A stretch of 64,000 nt of DNA, from NCBI GenBank assembly GCA_000091205.1, contig AP006495.2. One strand, written 5' to 3'. The position numbers were made by a program, and so were the translations under genes. Shown here in pieces: positions 10,176-23,481 of the stretch. The stretch's first letter is position 1; each line of letters begins with the position of its first letter. This DNA comes from Cyanidioschyzon merolae (taxonomy: Eukaryota). The notes under the pieces were generated by a model that saw only the letters and a program-made list of their open reading frames with translations, made no database searches and was not told the origin of the DNA.

Positions 10176-11258
10176 TCAACCCTCCCGATTCCAGAGGCAC
10201 TCACAATGCTCGGAATCGGCGAGCGCGCGCGTCTCCTCGTCGATGGGTTCCGCATCCAGCTGTGTTAACATAGGCAGAACACGCAGCACCAGCGCTCGAT
10301 ACCACTTGTTTCCGTGCTGAGTCTGGAGCCGTTCAGCGAGCGGGTTTCCCTCCAGGTACAGGGTCCGCAGTTTCGCATGTGCCGAGAGATGGCGCAACTG
10401 TTCAATGCTGTCTATTTTGTTATCGTTCAGCCAGAGCTCTTCGAGATTTTGTAAGTCATCCAACAAGTCATCGAGGCGCGCAATGCGGTTACAACCCAGA
10501 TCCAACAGCTTCAGGTTTCGGAGCATCTCCGTCCCATTTAGAGCCGAGATACCGTTATGACTGAGATAGAGCTCTTCGAGCGAGTCTCGGCAATATTCGA
10601 GGGCGCTCCCTAGTGCCAACAAACGATTGCTCTGCAGTGAAAGGCGTTTGAGTCGGCGGAAGCAGTGCAGCGACGGGAGCTGAACGATCTTGTTCCGTCC
10701 GAGCCATAGCTCCTCTAGCGAGCCTCCTACCTCGAATAGATTGTCTCCAAGCGTTCTTATGCGGTTGGATCCCAGTTCCAACAATCGCAGTTGCGGTAGA
10801 TTATGTGCTTGGAGGCCAGCGATTTCCTTGATTCTATTTTGGACGAGATACAGTTCCTCCAGGGCCGGCAAGTGGAAACGCTCCAGCCCTGCCATACTGT
10901 GGATGCGGTTAAAAGACAAATCCAGGCGTTTCAATTTGGGCTTATGCTCAAGTCCGCTGATTTCCCTGATATGATTTAGATAGAGGTCAATTTCTTCGAG
11001 CTCCGACAGCGTCTCCAGTCCACGTAGCTCCGTGATCAGGTTCTGGCGAAGCACCAAACGACGCAACGAAGTACAACGATCGAGGTTTTGGATTCGACTT
11101 ATTCTGCAGTTCGTCGCCTGGAACTCTAGGAACGGATTGCTAAAAGCGGCGTCAGTTCCGCAGGGAAGTCGATAGGCCTCTGCGATTTCGCCCAGTCCGC
11201 TGTACGAGATGTCGACGACACCGTCCTCGTCCGGACGGACTAACGGTCGCTCCGACAT
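10176..11258 (-). CDS. SDS22: SDS22-type leucine-rich-repeat protein (protein phosphatase 1 regulatory subunit 7)
   Basis: About eleven 22-residue LRRs of the SDS22 type (LELGSNRIR, LWLGRNKI, LSLQSNRL, LYLSHNGI, LWLNDNKI, LYLEGNPL) plus a C-terminal LRR cap. The track start at 11264 is GTG, and the ATG two codons downstream (MSERPL...) is the likely start. Confidence 0.85.
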   Translation of the reverse strand: MSERPLVRPDEDGVVDISYSGLGEIAEAYRLPCGTDAAFSNPFLEFQATNCRISRIQNLDRCTSLRRLVLRQNLITELRGLETLSELEEIDLYLNHIREISGLEHKPKLKRLDLSFNRIHSMAGLERFHLPALEELYLVQNRIKEIAGLQAHNLPQLRLLELGSNRIRTLGDNLFEVGGSLEELWLGRNKIVQLPSLHCFRRLKRLSLQSNRLLALGSALEYCRDSLEELYLSHNGISALNGTEMLRNLKLLDLGCNRIARLDDLLDDLQNLEELWLNDNKIDSIEQLRHLSAHAKLRTLYLEGNPLAERLQTQHGNKWYRALVLRVLPMLTQLDAEPIDEETRALADSEHCECLWNREG

Positions 11259-11866
11259 ATCCACGAAAACGACAGACAGCGTTCAAGTTTGCACACAGAA
11301 GGATCTGGTTGAGCTCATGGAAGCACTTAGGCTGGATCCTGGTTCCCGGCTCACGCGTACCGACACCAAGCTGCCCGCTAGTTGAGTCGTCAGCAAACGC
11401 AGCAGCGATGTATTTCCAGTCTATGGTCCAGGACTGATAAGCCTCACTAGTTCTTCGGGGTGATCACGTGCTGATGCTGTTCCTGGTAACCCGAGAAGAG
11501 GTCTCAGCTCCAGTACAGACGCTTCCACGTCCTACTAGGTCAAGAGCAACGCCCAGATGCGCTGCCACCGCTGCGGCATGGAACTGCTGCCCGGCAGCCG
11601 GCGGAACAGAACAGCTGCAACTTTCCTGTTCAGCTGCGCAGAAGTGTCCTGAGAGTCACGACTCCTGGCGCGTTGCGAAGCGCAAGCAACTGTAGAAAGC
11701 TAACGGACCCAGGGTCCGTGTCGATTTCAAAGTTCTCGCCATGAAAGGCATCTGCACACTGGAAGTAGTCAACTGAGACGAGTTTCGGCGAGAAGCAGCT
11801 GCAAACGCTGCGCTTCATCGTCGACGTTTTGGGTGCAGTTACAAGCACAACGAACTTTTTTGGATC

Positions 11867-13402
11867 ATGAAAACCAAAAGTCGAGGTAAGACGAACCATT
11901 GGGACCGTGACGGTGCTCCGGCGGTGGCACGCGAGCACCAGTACCGCAGCAGCCGCAAAGGCACTGCAAAAGGGAGTGTGGCGGCGCCCGTGCACAAGCG
12001 GAGCTTGTATGCTCGAGGCCTGCTGCTCGTTGTACTCTATCTGTTTCAGGGCGTACCCATGGGCCTCACCTTTGGCTCGCTGCCGTTTCTGCTCCAGACG
12101 CGCTCTTCCTACGCCAAGCTCGGTGTATTTTCCTCTGCGTCGTATCCGTACTCACTGAAGCTTCTCTGGTCACCGATCGTCGACTCGGTATACGCGTCGC
12201 GTCTCGGTCGTCGCAAATCCTGGATTGTACCTGCGCAACTCCTTATAGGGGTCATCATGGCCTCCATGGCCGCAGCAGTGGAACGCTGGGTTCAACATGC
12301 CCGAGTGATGCAGTTGACGCTTTTCTGCTGGGGGCTCGTTTTCCTTGCGGCAACACAGGATATTGCGGTAGACGGTTGGGCATTAACGCTCTTAGGTGAA
12401 GCAGGATCCGGGTACGCATCGATTTGTCAATCGCTAGGGCTTAGTCTAGGGTACTTTTCGAGCTATACAGTTTTCCTCGCGCTGAACAGCGATGAATTTT
12501 GCGTCCGATGGCTGCAGCAAACATCCGCCGTGATTCGCTTGTATACCTTTCTGCGAATCATGGGTGCATCATTCATTGCGTTCACGCTAATGTTGGCAGT
12601 TTTTGTCAAAGAAGAAATGGCGGAGGATTTGACGCTTGTTCCGCAACCCGACACCGGAGGCCTGTGGTCCGCTCTGCGAGATGCGTATGCCGCGCTTTGG
12701 AGCATACTGCGCAAGCGCTCCATTCAGCGCTTGGTTGTATTCCTCTTGTTCAGTAAGTTTCCCTTTGCTGCTCATGATCACATATCGTCACTGCAGCTGG
12801 TGCGTCGCGGGTTCCCGCGTCAACAGCTGGCATTCATGGCGGTGCTCCAGTGGCCGTTCGACGTCATCGGAGCAATCGCTGTTGGTCGGTATGCCCGGAA
12901 CAGCCGTAACCTCAAGGACAGTCTCTGGCGATGGGGCTTTTTTCTGCGGCTGATGCTCGCAATGTTCACTCCGCTGCTCATCCACTATTTCTTCCCGCGT
13001 GGTGAAAGCGCACGATCCCGTTGGATGTTTGTCGCGATTTTCATCGTCAGTGTTCTTTACCAGTTAGCCAGCGATGGTCTAATGTTTGTGTCCACGTCTT
13101 CGTACTGTGCTCGGATTAGCGATAAGCGCTTTGGAGGCACGTACCTCACGCTTTTGAATACTGCATCGAATTTGGGGGGAACGTGGGCGACCCCGTTGGT
13201 TTTCGGTGCAGCGCACCGCTTCGGATACCTTCGTGTCGCTTTGGCTCTCCCTTTGTGTGGCCTGCTCGTATACTTGCTGCTCCTGGGACCAACTCTGGAC
13301 TATTTGGAGAAGGTTCCGGCATCAGCGTGGCAGCTTGATCGGGGTCCAGCCCAAGCCGTCGCTTCTGTGCCTCACCGCAAAACACTCCGATGTCGCGAGT
13401 GA
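11867..13402 (+). CDS. Acetyl-coenzyme A transporter 1 (AT-1 / SLC33A1 family)
   Basis: ATG at 11867. Near-collinear with SLC33A1 motifs: LYLFQGVPMGL..GSLPFLLQ, YPYSLKLLWSPIVDSVY..LGRRKSWIVP, FLAATQDIAVDGWALTLL and GGTYLTLLNTASNLGGTW. A multi-pass MFS-like membrane protein. Confidence 0.85.
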   Translation: MKTKSRGKTNHWDRDGAPAVAREHQYRSSRKGTAKGSVAAPVHKRSLYARGLLLVVLYLFQGVPMGLTFGSLPFLLQTRSSYAKLGVFSSASYPYSLKLLWSPIVDSVYASRLGRRKSWIVPAQLLIGVIMASMAAAVERWVQHARVMQLTLFCWGLVFLAATQDIAVDGWALTLLGEAGSGYASICQSLGLSLGYFSSYTVFLALNSDEFCVRWLQQTSAVIRLYTFLRIMGASFIAFTLMLAVFVKEEMAEDLTLVPQPDTGGLWSALRDAYAALWSILRKRSIQRLVVFLLFSKFPFAAHDHISSLQLVRRGFPRQQLAFMAVLQWPFDVIGAIAVGRYARNSRNLKDSLWRWGFFLRLMLAMFTPLLIHYFFPRGESARSRWMFVAIFIVSVLYQLASDGLMFVSTSSYCARISDKRFGGTYLTLLNTASNLGGTWATPLVFGAAHRFGYLRVALALPLCGLLVYLLLLGPTLDYLEKVPASAWQLDRGPAQAVASVPHRKTLRCRE

Positions 13403-14708
13403 TGAATGCACCTTGACAGTGAGTCGATTACGCAATGCTTCAGTTCCTGACTTGTGAGCACTCAGAATAAGCGCTCTGCCCACGTGGTAGAATGTGGTCT
13501 TGGTCGGCATCGTATTGTGCAAAGAGAACCGTATGGAAACGGGCGCTCCGTACGACGCTTTAACATTAGCGCACGCGCGATGCATCTTTTCCCATACGGC
13601 GAGAAGGCGCTCAGTCTCATGCTTTTCGGACAATACGGGTTATCTCCCGCATCCTCATGTGCCCCGATTCCAGAGCATGTGGTCAGCACGGACGGCTCTG
13701 GAGCATCAGTGGGCTCGTTGTGCCCGGTAGTTGGTTAGGCGCCAAACATCGAGCCATGGTCGCTGTAAGCATCACAGAGACTCAAGGTGGATTCTGGCGG
13801 CAAGAATCCATATACTGGCGAGTCGCCGATATTGTTTGCTCGTTTGCCGCGCTTCTGGACATGGTCGTGAGTAGATTTCTGTTATGCCGCGTTGTTTCTC
13901 GATGGGCACAGGTAATGAAGGCCCGAGGATGCCCGTCATCCATTGAGAGCTTGTCCGTAAACCAATCGATTCCGTACCATGACAAGTGGCACCACGGCTC
14001 GAATGGACCCGTGCGCTGGGATGTCAGAAAAGCTCCGAGGCGCCTCGGAGATGCTCGCACCCGAGCATCGCTACCATTCCAGGGGACTCTGTCTCCGCTT
14101 TGGAATGCCCATGAAAGGACCCTTGCGCCAGGCATTACCAAGAAGCATCGCAGCTGCCGTTTTCCCCAAAGTATGAGCTGGTGCTGCTCCGTGGATACCC
14201 GGTCCAGTTTTGGTACCAAGCCGCCCGTCGATCCTAGAAGCGGCTTTTTCGGAAAAAAGCTTGTCTGCTTGGCACTTCATCGGCAAGCTTCCGACCCGGA
14301 CGTGCGTCACGCTGCTAGCGTCTCCAATGATCATGGTGGCTCCTGGATTTCCGCTCAGGATCCCTGAAGTGAATCAGATGTCGCCAGACGCACAGCTTCA
14401 TAGCAATGCGTCATATCCTTTTCGTTTCTTGTGGAATGAGGGCATCTACCCTGATCTCGCGGGATGCGCGGACCCTCTCCAAGAATCAAAATACGGAGCA
14501 TACCTCTTCGGCTGTCGCTTCGATATTCGCCATGTGCATACCCCAATTCGGGATCGCATGTCAAACAATGAATAAAAAATCAACAAGCCCCTTACAGACC
14601 AGCATCAGCACATCGCGATGCACACTCCGAAACAGAAGCACTTAAAACGTTGGCTGAAAATCACAGGGCAAAGGCGCTTCCTATCAAAACCACGAGTACA
14701 AAGCGCCT

Positions 14709-15677
14709 CCCAGCAACTGTCCGTTTCTTCAAGCACCGGAGCGATGGATGATCGTCACAGTCGATCCTATTTCTTATAACCCAGCAACTGTCCGTTTCTT
14801 CAAGCACTGGAGCGATGGATGATCGTCACGGTCGATCCTATTTCGTATAACCCAGCAACTGTCCGTATCTTAAAGCACTGGAGCGATGGATGATCGTCAC
14901 AGTCGATCCTACTTCTTACATCCCAGCAACTGTCCGTTTCTTCAAGCACTGGAGCGATGGATGATCGTCACGGTCGATCCTATTTCGTATAACCCAGCAA
15001 CTGTCCGTTTCTTAAAGCACTGGAGCGATGGATGATCGTCACAGTCGATCCTACTTCTTACATCCCAGCAACTGTCCGTTTCTTCAAGCACTGGAGCGAT
15101 GGATGATCGTCACAGTCGATCCTATTTCTTATAACCCAGCAACTGTCCGTTTCTTCAAGCACTGGAGCGATGGATGATCGTCACGGTCGATCCTATTTCG
15201 TATAACCCAGCAACTGTCCGTTTCTTAAAGCACTGGAGCGATGGATGATCGTCACAGTCGATCCTACTTCTTACATCCCAGCAACTGTCCGTTTCTTCAA
15301 GCACTGGAGCGATGGATGATCGTCACAGTCGATCCTATTTCTTATAACCCAGCAACTGTCCGTTTCTTCAAGCACTGGAGCGATGGATGATCGTCACAGT
15401 CGATCCTATTTCGTATAACCCAGCAACTGTCCGTATCTTCAAGCACTGGAGCGATGGATGATCGTCACAGTCGATCCTATTTCTTATAACCCAGCAACTG
15501 TCCGTTTCTTAAAGCACTGGAGCGATGGATGATCGTCACAGTCGATCCTATTTCGTATAACCCAGCAACTGTCCGTATCTTAAAGCACTGGAGCGATGGA
15601 TGATCGTCACAGTCGATCCTATTTCGTATAACCCAGCAACTGTCCGTATCTTAAAGCACTGGAGCGATGGATGATCG
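14709..15677. repeat. 71-bp minisatellite, about 13.6 tandem copies
   Basis: The unit CCCAGCAACTGTCCGTTTCTTCAAGCACTGGAGCGATGGATGATCGTCACAGTCGATCCTATTTCTTATAA recurs with period 71. Unit variants differ at ttcttataac / ttcgtataac / cttcttacatc and at cttcaag / cttaaag, and units 4-6 equal units 7-9, giving a 213-bp higher-order repeat. A short (GAC/GAT)n tract follows at 15690-15720. Confidence 0.9.
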
Positions 15678-16041
15678 CCTGCGTATGTGGCGGTCAAACG
15701 ACGACGACGACGATGACGATCTGCGTCGCCATCGAGGTGGCGTTTCTACCTAGCGCCTGTCCGCCGTCGCTTAAACACTAGGTAGCCATTGCGTTTTCTG
15801 TACTCGTTGGAGGGGGACTTTGCTTGAACGGTGTTGGTAACGAACTGGGTCCAGGGCAGCAAGGTATTTCCCAAAAAGACGCTGGCTGAAAGACACTCGA
15901 ACACGTCAGTCAAGCGAGGACTTTGGACATAGTCCTTGTGGACGCAGAAGCAAACGAGCCTGGGTCTTTTTGCGTCGCGAGGCGTTACCGAGCGCATCGA
16001 CTACAGTCTGACGCACCCCTAGGATCGGAATAGTGACTTTA

Positions 16042-19000
16042 ATGGGGGATTTGGGTGAACATGCACCGTCGAATGGCTCCGCAAAGGATAGCGTTCGGCG
16101 CTATGTTGAGGAACACGGCGGTAGTAGACCAATTCAGCGCTTATTGGTCGCAAACAACGGAATCGCCGCCGTAAAGTGCATCCGATCAATGCGAAGATGG
16201 GCATACGAAGCGTTTGGTAGTGAACGAGCGCTGGAGTTTGTAGCAATGGCCACTCCCGAGGATGTTCAAGCCAACGCCGACTACATTCGCCTCGCTGACC
16301 TCTTCGTTCCCGTACCTGGGGGAAGCAACAACCACAACTACGCCAACGTGGAGCTCATCGTCGACATCGCGGAAAGGAACGAGTGCGATGCAGTATGGGC
16401 GGGTTGGGGTCACGCCAGCGAGAACCCGCTGCTGCCCGCTCGCCTTGCGGAGACTGGTATCGCATTCCTGGGACCGGATGCCATTGCCATGAGGGCGCTC
16501 GGCGACAAGATTTCGTCAACGTTGTTAGCTCAGTCTGCGGATGTTCCAGTCGTCAGCTGGAACGGTGATGACTTGAAGGTAACTTTTCACCGCGAGCGCG
16601 GCGGTATTGATGAAGAACGCTATCGCCGTGCCTGCGTTGCGAATGTCGACGAGGCTCGCGCTGCTGCCGATCGTATTGGCTACCCAGTGATGATTAAAGC
16701 CAGCGAAGGAGGCGGTGGCAAAGGCATCCGTCTTTGCCGTCGACCAGAGGATGTTCGAGATGCCTTTCGTCAGGTCGCCGGAGAGATTCCTGGCTCTCCG
16801 ATCTTCATCATGAAAATGGTGGATCAAGCGCGACACCTGGAAGTGCAGATTGTTGCCGATGAATACGGGCACGCGATAGCGCTATATGGGCGTGACTGCT
16901 CCGTGCAGAGACGGCATCAAAAGATCATCGAGGAAGGGCCAGTTACGGCAACGCCACCGCAGGTTTGGAAAGAGCTCGAACATGGAGCGGTGCGTCTTGC
17001 CAAAATGGTCGGTTACGTAGGTGCCGGCACTGTTGAGTATCTCTACGACGGTCGACGTTTCTATTTCCTGGAACTGAATCCGCGCTTGCAGGTGGAGCAC
17101 CCAGTAACCGAGTGGATCACTGGCGTGAACCTGCCTGCAGTCCAGCTGCAGATTGCCATGGGGATTCCGCTCCAGCGTATTGCAGCTATCCAAGCACTTT
17201 ACGGCAATAGACCGGACCTGGATCTCGAGCGACACCAGCCGAACCCGCCGCATGGCCACGTAATCGCCTGCCGCGTTACCGCAGAAAATCCCGAGGAAGG
17301 ATTCCAGCCGACAAGCGGCTCCATTCAGGAGCTTTCGTTTCGAAATACGCCCAATGTGTGGGGCTATTTCAGCGTCGGCGCCTGGGGTGGTGTCCACGAG
17401 TACGCTGACTCGCAATTCGGGCACCTTTTTGCCTGGGGTGCGGATCGCGAGATGGCCCGGAGGAATATGGTGCTGGCACTGAAAGAGCTCAGCATCCGCG
17501 GAGATATCCGCACAACGGTGGAGTATCTTATTACGTTGCTGGAGCTCGAATCGTATCGCGAAAATCGCATCCATACCCGTTGGCTGGACAACCTCATTGC
17601 CTCCAAAGTGAAACCAGAGCGACCGCCGTTCCATATCGCTGTTGTGCTTGGTGCAGTCCATCAGGCGTACAGAGCCTGGTCTGAGCGCCGGCGATCTTTT
17701 GTTGAGTCGCTGAGTCGCGGTCAAGTGCCGCAGCGTATTGACGCTACCTTCATAGAATTTCAGTTCGAGCTGATCTACGATGAGCTCAAGTACGCGCTCA
17801 TCGTCAGGCAAGCGGGTCCGAATGCCTTCCACGTCTCCCTAGCACAGCATCCCGAGGAACGGGTGCGTGTTGATTTCCGACCTCTGCTGGACGGTGGTCT
17901 CTTGATCATGTGCGATGGTCGCTCCTTCAATACTCACTCCAAGGAGGATTCCACTGGCATGCGTCTGAGCATCGACGGGCGAACCTGTGTGTTCCCAGGC
18001 GAAATGGACCCTACGCGCATTGCAGCACAGGCCTCGGGGCGTCTCGTCCGATACCTGGTTGCCAACGAGGAACACGTCGATCAGGGACAAGTCATTGCGG
18101 AGATTGAAGTCATGAAAATGTATCTGAGCGTGCAGGCTCCCGAACCGGGCACCATTCACTTGCTGAAACCAGCGGGAGCGGCCCTGGAGCCAGGCGAAGT
18201 TTTTGCGCAGCTCGATCTCGACGATCCGAGCAAAGTTCGACGGGTGACGCCATTTACTGGGCGCTTTCCGACAATGCTGCCTCCACAGCGACTGGGAAAG
18301 AAACCGCACCAGCGCTTTGAGAGCGCGAAACAGCAGATCGAAGCGCTCCTGGACGGCTACGATGTTGATATGGAGCCGCTCGGCATGCTTCTGCAGCTGG
18401 CGAGCACCGAACCGGCAGTACCGGCCGGGAAACTGCAGGAGGCGCTCTCTTTCCTAGCCGGTCGTATTCCGTCGACGTTGCATGCCGCCCTTCTAGGACA
18501 AGTTTTCGAACTGCGTTCCGTTGCTCGTGATGATCACGAGCGCCTCCAACAGCATTTCCGCGAAATGAAGCGCATGATCAGCGATTTCTGCGAGCAACTT
18601 GCCATCGCAGCGGACCGCGAGGCGCTGGAGGCTACCCTGCGCCCCCTGACCAGTATCCTGGAGGCGTATGTTCGCGGGGGCCTTCGCGGCTACCACGAGC
18701 ATCTCGTTGTATGCCTCATGCAACGCTATGTGAATACGGAGAAGTATTTTGCGCAAGGTCGGCGGCTCGATGAGGTTCTATTCGATCTGCGCGAACAACA
18801 CCGCGAGCACTTGGAAGTTGTTGCGGATATCATGCTCGCACATGCCCAGTTAGCGCGAAAGAACCAACTGATGCTCGCTTTGCTCGATCACATAGCCGCG
18901 GATGCATCGCTTCTGCGCAGTGTCATTGTCCGGCAGTGCCTTCACGAGGTGGCTGCGTTCATCCACCCCGACTATAGCCAACTGGCGCTGCGAGCAAGAC

Positions 19001-22000
19001 TCTTGCTGGCGAGTTCTCGTCGCCGAGCGCTCCCCGAACGTCGAGAGCGCCTCTGCAAGCAGATCGAACAGGCTGTACATGCGCCCACTGAAGAACAATG
19101 CTATCGTCTGTTGCACGCGGTGGTCGAGTCCCAGGAAAGCATCCTGGATGCGCTGGTGAGCCTAACCATGAACCCGGGGGTGCCGGTGGAGATTCGCAAA
19201 GCCGCTGTCCAGTGCCAGATCCTGCGGGCCTACAAAGCGTACCACGTGTACGATCTGGTTGTCGAACTTGACGAGGAACTGGGTTTCCTGCGGGCGTTGT
19301 GGCGTTTCCAGTATCGTTCAAACCTGAACGCTTTTGGTAGTCATTCCAGTATGCGGTCGTTTCCGGCGGCATTGGTGGCGGCGTCGGCTCCGCTAGCCCG
19401 CCGGCAGCTGCGTAGCTACGACTCTGCGGACAATTTGCAGAACTGGGGCTTTCGAGTCGGTATGTTGGTCGTCTTTGAGACGCTGCGGGCGATGGTGCAG
19501 GGTTTCGATCGTGTGCTCCAGGTTTTTCGAGCGGAAACCGGCGGCGAAACGCTGGCTTCGCCTCGTACCAAGTCGAGCGCCGCAGTCGATTCCAGTGCAG
19601 ACTCCAGTGCTGAAGGTATTGGTGTCAATGTACTGACCATCGCCATTCCCTGGACGGCCGTGGAGGTCGCTGATTTTGCGAAATACCTGGGCGTTGCAGA
19701 CGCGGACGACCGTCTGCAGGCAAGTAATGCGAACGACTCGGAGCAGGTTGTCGCCCTGCTCACGCGTTTCTGTCGCTCTTCCGCGGAGCGCAAAGCCTCG
19801 ATGCGCGCTGCCGGTATCAAACTTGTGACCTTTTTGGTGGCACCCGGTGAACTGTGCCAGCGCACGCTGGGCTCCAGTCTGCCTCGTGAAAGCACTTATC
19901 CGGGTTTCTATACGTTGCGGGCATCGCTCGAGTACGCCGAGGATCCCATTTATCGCCACATTGATCCACCAGCGGCTTTCCAGCTGGAGCTGAATCGATT
20001 GGCGAACTTTCGTATCACCCGCTTTGAACATCCGAACCGCTCCATTCACGTCTTCTACGCGGAAGATCGAACCGACAAGGGCGACGCTCGCTTCTTCGTG
20101 CGCGCTTTTGTACGGCAAGCGGAAGTCTACGCCAGTCCCAGCGATACAGCAGCGGTTTCGATCCCGGAAGCGGAGAGGACTTTTGTGGCCTGTCTGGATG
20201 CCTTGGAAACCGCCCGTTGTGATAGGCGCTTCCGACGAACGGACTTTAATCATCTCTTCTTGCACCTGATTCCCCGGGTCTCCATCGATGTGGATGACGT
20301 CGAGGCGATCTGTACGCGCCTCTTTTATCGGTTCTCCTCACGTTGCTGGCGTTTGCGCGTGTTCATGGTAGAGATCAAAGTCCATGTGGAAAAAATGGGC
20401 CCGAAACCGCTTCGATTTATTCTCTATAATCCAACCGGACACTCGTTACGCGTTGAAGGCTACGTGGAACAGGGAGATCGTCTCCTGTCGTTGGATTCCA
20501 GCGATCCGGGTCATTTACATGGTACACCCGTCGATGAGCCGTACCAGGTACTGAACCGTATCCAGCGCCGGCGAGTTGTTGCCCAGACGCTCGAAACAAC
20601 TTACGTCTACGATTACCAGGAGCTTTTCACCAAAGCACTCCATGAGCAGTGGCGGCGTTATTCGCAGGAACGACTTTTGGGAGGATTTCGCCGCCACAAG
20701 ATACCGCTGAAACTGCTGACCTGCACGGAGCTCGTTCTCCAGGATGAAGATCATGACGAGAGCGAGCTGATAGAGACCAACCGCCCCGCCGGGGAGAATG
20801 AAATCGGTATGGTCGCCTGGCGCTACACCTTCTTCACGCCCGAGTATCCCCAGGGTCGCGATGCGATCGTCATTGCCAACGATATCACGTACCTGAGTGG
20901 ATCGTTTGGACCTCGAGAGGATCGCCTCTTTGCCAAGGCGTCTCAGCAGGCGAGAAAGCTCGGTATACCGCGCATCTACATCGCTGCGAATAGCGGAGCC
21001 CGAATCGGCCTCGCGGAAGAACTGCGCAACGTCTTCCAAGTTCAGTGGAAGGATGCACATGACCCGAGCCGAGGCTTCGACTACCTCTACCTGGGACTGG
21101 CGGATAAGCTCAAGTACGAGGATGAACTCGGCATCGTGCGAACGCGAGACGTCGGCGGCGGCAAGTACGCTCTAGTTGATATCTATGGCGCTGAGGATGG
21201 CATTGGTGTCGAGAACCTCATGGGTTCAGCGTGCATCGCTGCCGAGACCTCAGCCGCCTACAATGACTGCTTCACCATCACGTACGTCGCAGCGCGCTGT
21301 GTGGGGATCGGTGCGTACCTCGTGCGCCTGGGGCAGCGCGTTATCCAGCGCGAGCACAATGCACCGATCATCCTCACTGGCTACTCAGCGCTGAATAAGC
21401 TTCTGGGTCGCGAAGTCTACACCAGCCACGAACAGCTGGGCGGTACGAAGATCATGTATCCGAACGGGGTTACCCATCTGCGCGTATCCAATGACTACGA
21501 GGGTGTTCGGGCAATTCTGGACTGGCTCGCTTTTGTGCCTCGTATGCAAGGGGAACGACCTCCGATGATCGACTCCATCGATGCTGTGGTACGCGAAGTC
21601 GACTACGATCCACGAGTGGCTAACGAGGATATTCGATACGCCATTGAAGGCAAGTGGGTCGGACCCTTCGCTCCCGACGGGGCAAGTGTGGTCTCGTCGT
21701 CGGGCTCGTCGGTGTCGTCCAATGGTCCGGTTGCGACAGGTGCGAGCGCTGGACTGCCGCCCGTCAACATGGAGAGTGTCGGCGGTGAAGTTCGGTATCG
21801 TTCGCGGTCGCGGACGGCTTCGTATGCGGGTGCGAATGCAGCAACAGCAGCAGCACCAGGAGCAAGTAGCTTGGCGACCTCTGGAGCGGCACTTGCGAAT
21901 GCTACGGGACGAGCAGCGGCTCGGGTGAGCCTCGTATCGACCAAGCCTGCAACCGGTGTCGAGGAGGTTCCCGCGGCGTTGCCTTCGGGTTCGAGTTCAC

Positions 22001-23447
22001 TGGCGCTCCGCTCGACCGCTGTCGCTGCGCCTGTACCTCAGGAGAGAGCAAAGACGGATGCGGATGCGGATGCGGATGCGGATGCGGATGCCTTGGAGGC
22101 CACTGGAACTGCCCGAGGCGCAGATACCAGCGGTGCTGGGGCGCACGCAAGCCCTGACACCCGGCAGCCGCCCACACTGGATGCCCTGAAGACTGCGAGG
22201 TTTGCACCAGCGCCCGCTGCATTGCCGACGACAGGTTTACGCTCGCCACCACAGTCCCCGGGTTCTGTTTCTGCGTATAGCCCGTTGGAGAGTGGCTCTC
22301 CATTGGAGCCGTCCCTTGACGAGGATCACATCGCTTTCACGGACACCGATCGGATGCGGATCGGGTCGCCTTTGGTACACGCGACCGACGCCTGGGATAC
22401 GAGCAACAGCGTTCACTCGAGTAGCGCGACGACGATGGCTGCAGGTGCCGTCCGGGGCTCGCGACTGTTCACTGCGTCATCGAGTACGTCGGCGGCTGCG
22501 GGAGCAAGCGCCAGCAATAGCAGCAACAACGGTAGCAGCAATGCGAATACGAATACCATGAACAATGCTGGGAGTAGCGTGGCATCGGCAGGCGCACCGC
22601 TCAACACCACCGGTAGCATCAATACCAATACCAATGCCAATGCCAATACCAACAATATCTTGGGTAGCGGTGGTGTTGGTGCGACAGCTTCGCTGACCGC
22701 TTGGAGCGGTAACCTTCCGCCGCTACCGTACGTTCCAAATACGCTCATGGTGGTGGACAACCAAGGGTACGTGTTCCTGGCAGGCCTCTTCGACCGTCAC
22801 TCGTTTCGAGAGACGCTCGCTGGCTGGGCGAAGTCCGTTGTGGTTGGTAGAGCACGCCTTGGTGGTATCCCCGTGGGCGTTATTGCGACACAGACGGTGA
22901 CCACAGAGAAGGTTATTCCCCCGGATCCAGCGGCGCCAGACTCGCGTGAGCTTCGTGAACAGCAGGCCGGTCAAGTCTGGTATCCAGATTCATCCTTCAA
23001 GACTGCCCAAAGTATTCGTGATTTTGATCGCGAGGGTTTGCCTCTGTTTGTTCTGGCCAGCTGGCGCGGTTTCTCTGGCGGAGCACACGACATGTTCCAG
23101 GAAATACTCAAGTTTGGTTCAGAGATCGTTGACGCGCTTCGCGAGTACTCGAAACCCGTCTTTGTGTACATACCACCGGGAGGCGAGCTTCGAGGCGGTG
23201 CCTGGGTCGTCCTCGATACCGCCATCAATCCCCGCTTTATCGAAATGTACGCCGATGAAAGTGCACGTGGTGGTGTGCTCGAACCTGCCGGTACCGTGGA
23301 TATCAAGTTCCGCACCAGAGATTTGCTGAAGACCATGCAGCGCCTGCTACCATCGTCTAGACGTGATGAGAGCGATTCGAGTGCGTCCGACGTTGTCGGC
23401 ATGCTGTCTTTGGACGCATCATCATCATCAGCAGCAGCAACAGCAGC

Positions 23448-23481
<34 letters not shown>

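Noticed and set aside
13657-14367. 236-aa plus-strand ORF in the AT-1/ACC intergenic region
   Set aside because: It has no recognisable similarity and W/R/C-rich composition typical of random GC-rich ORFs. It is flanked by overlapping ORFs in other frames.
14709-15677. Considered whether the regular 71-bp array could be a CRISPR array
   Set aside because: The units are contiguous with no unique spacers between them. The context is eukaryotic housekeeping genes. It is a minisatellite.
16882-20265. Long antisense ORFs inside ACC (16882-17832, 316 aa; 19393-20265, 290 aa; 18959-19372)
   Set aside because: They overlap the strongly supported ACC coding strand. Their products are low-complexity (R/G/A-rich) with no recognisable domains. 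Stop-poor antisense frames are typical in GC-rich coding DNA.
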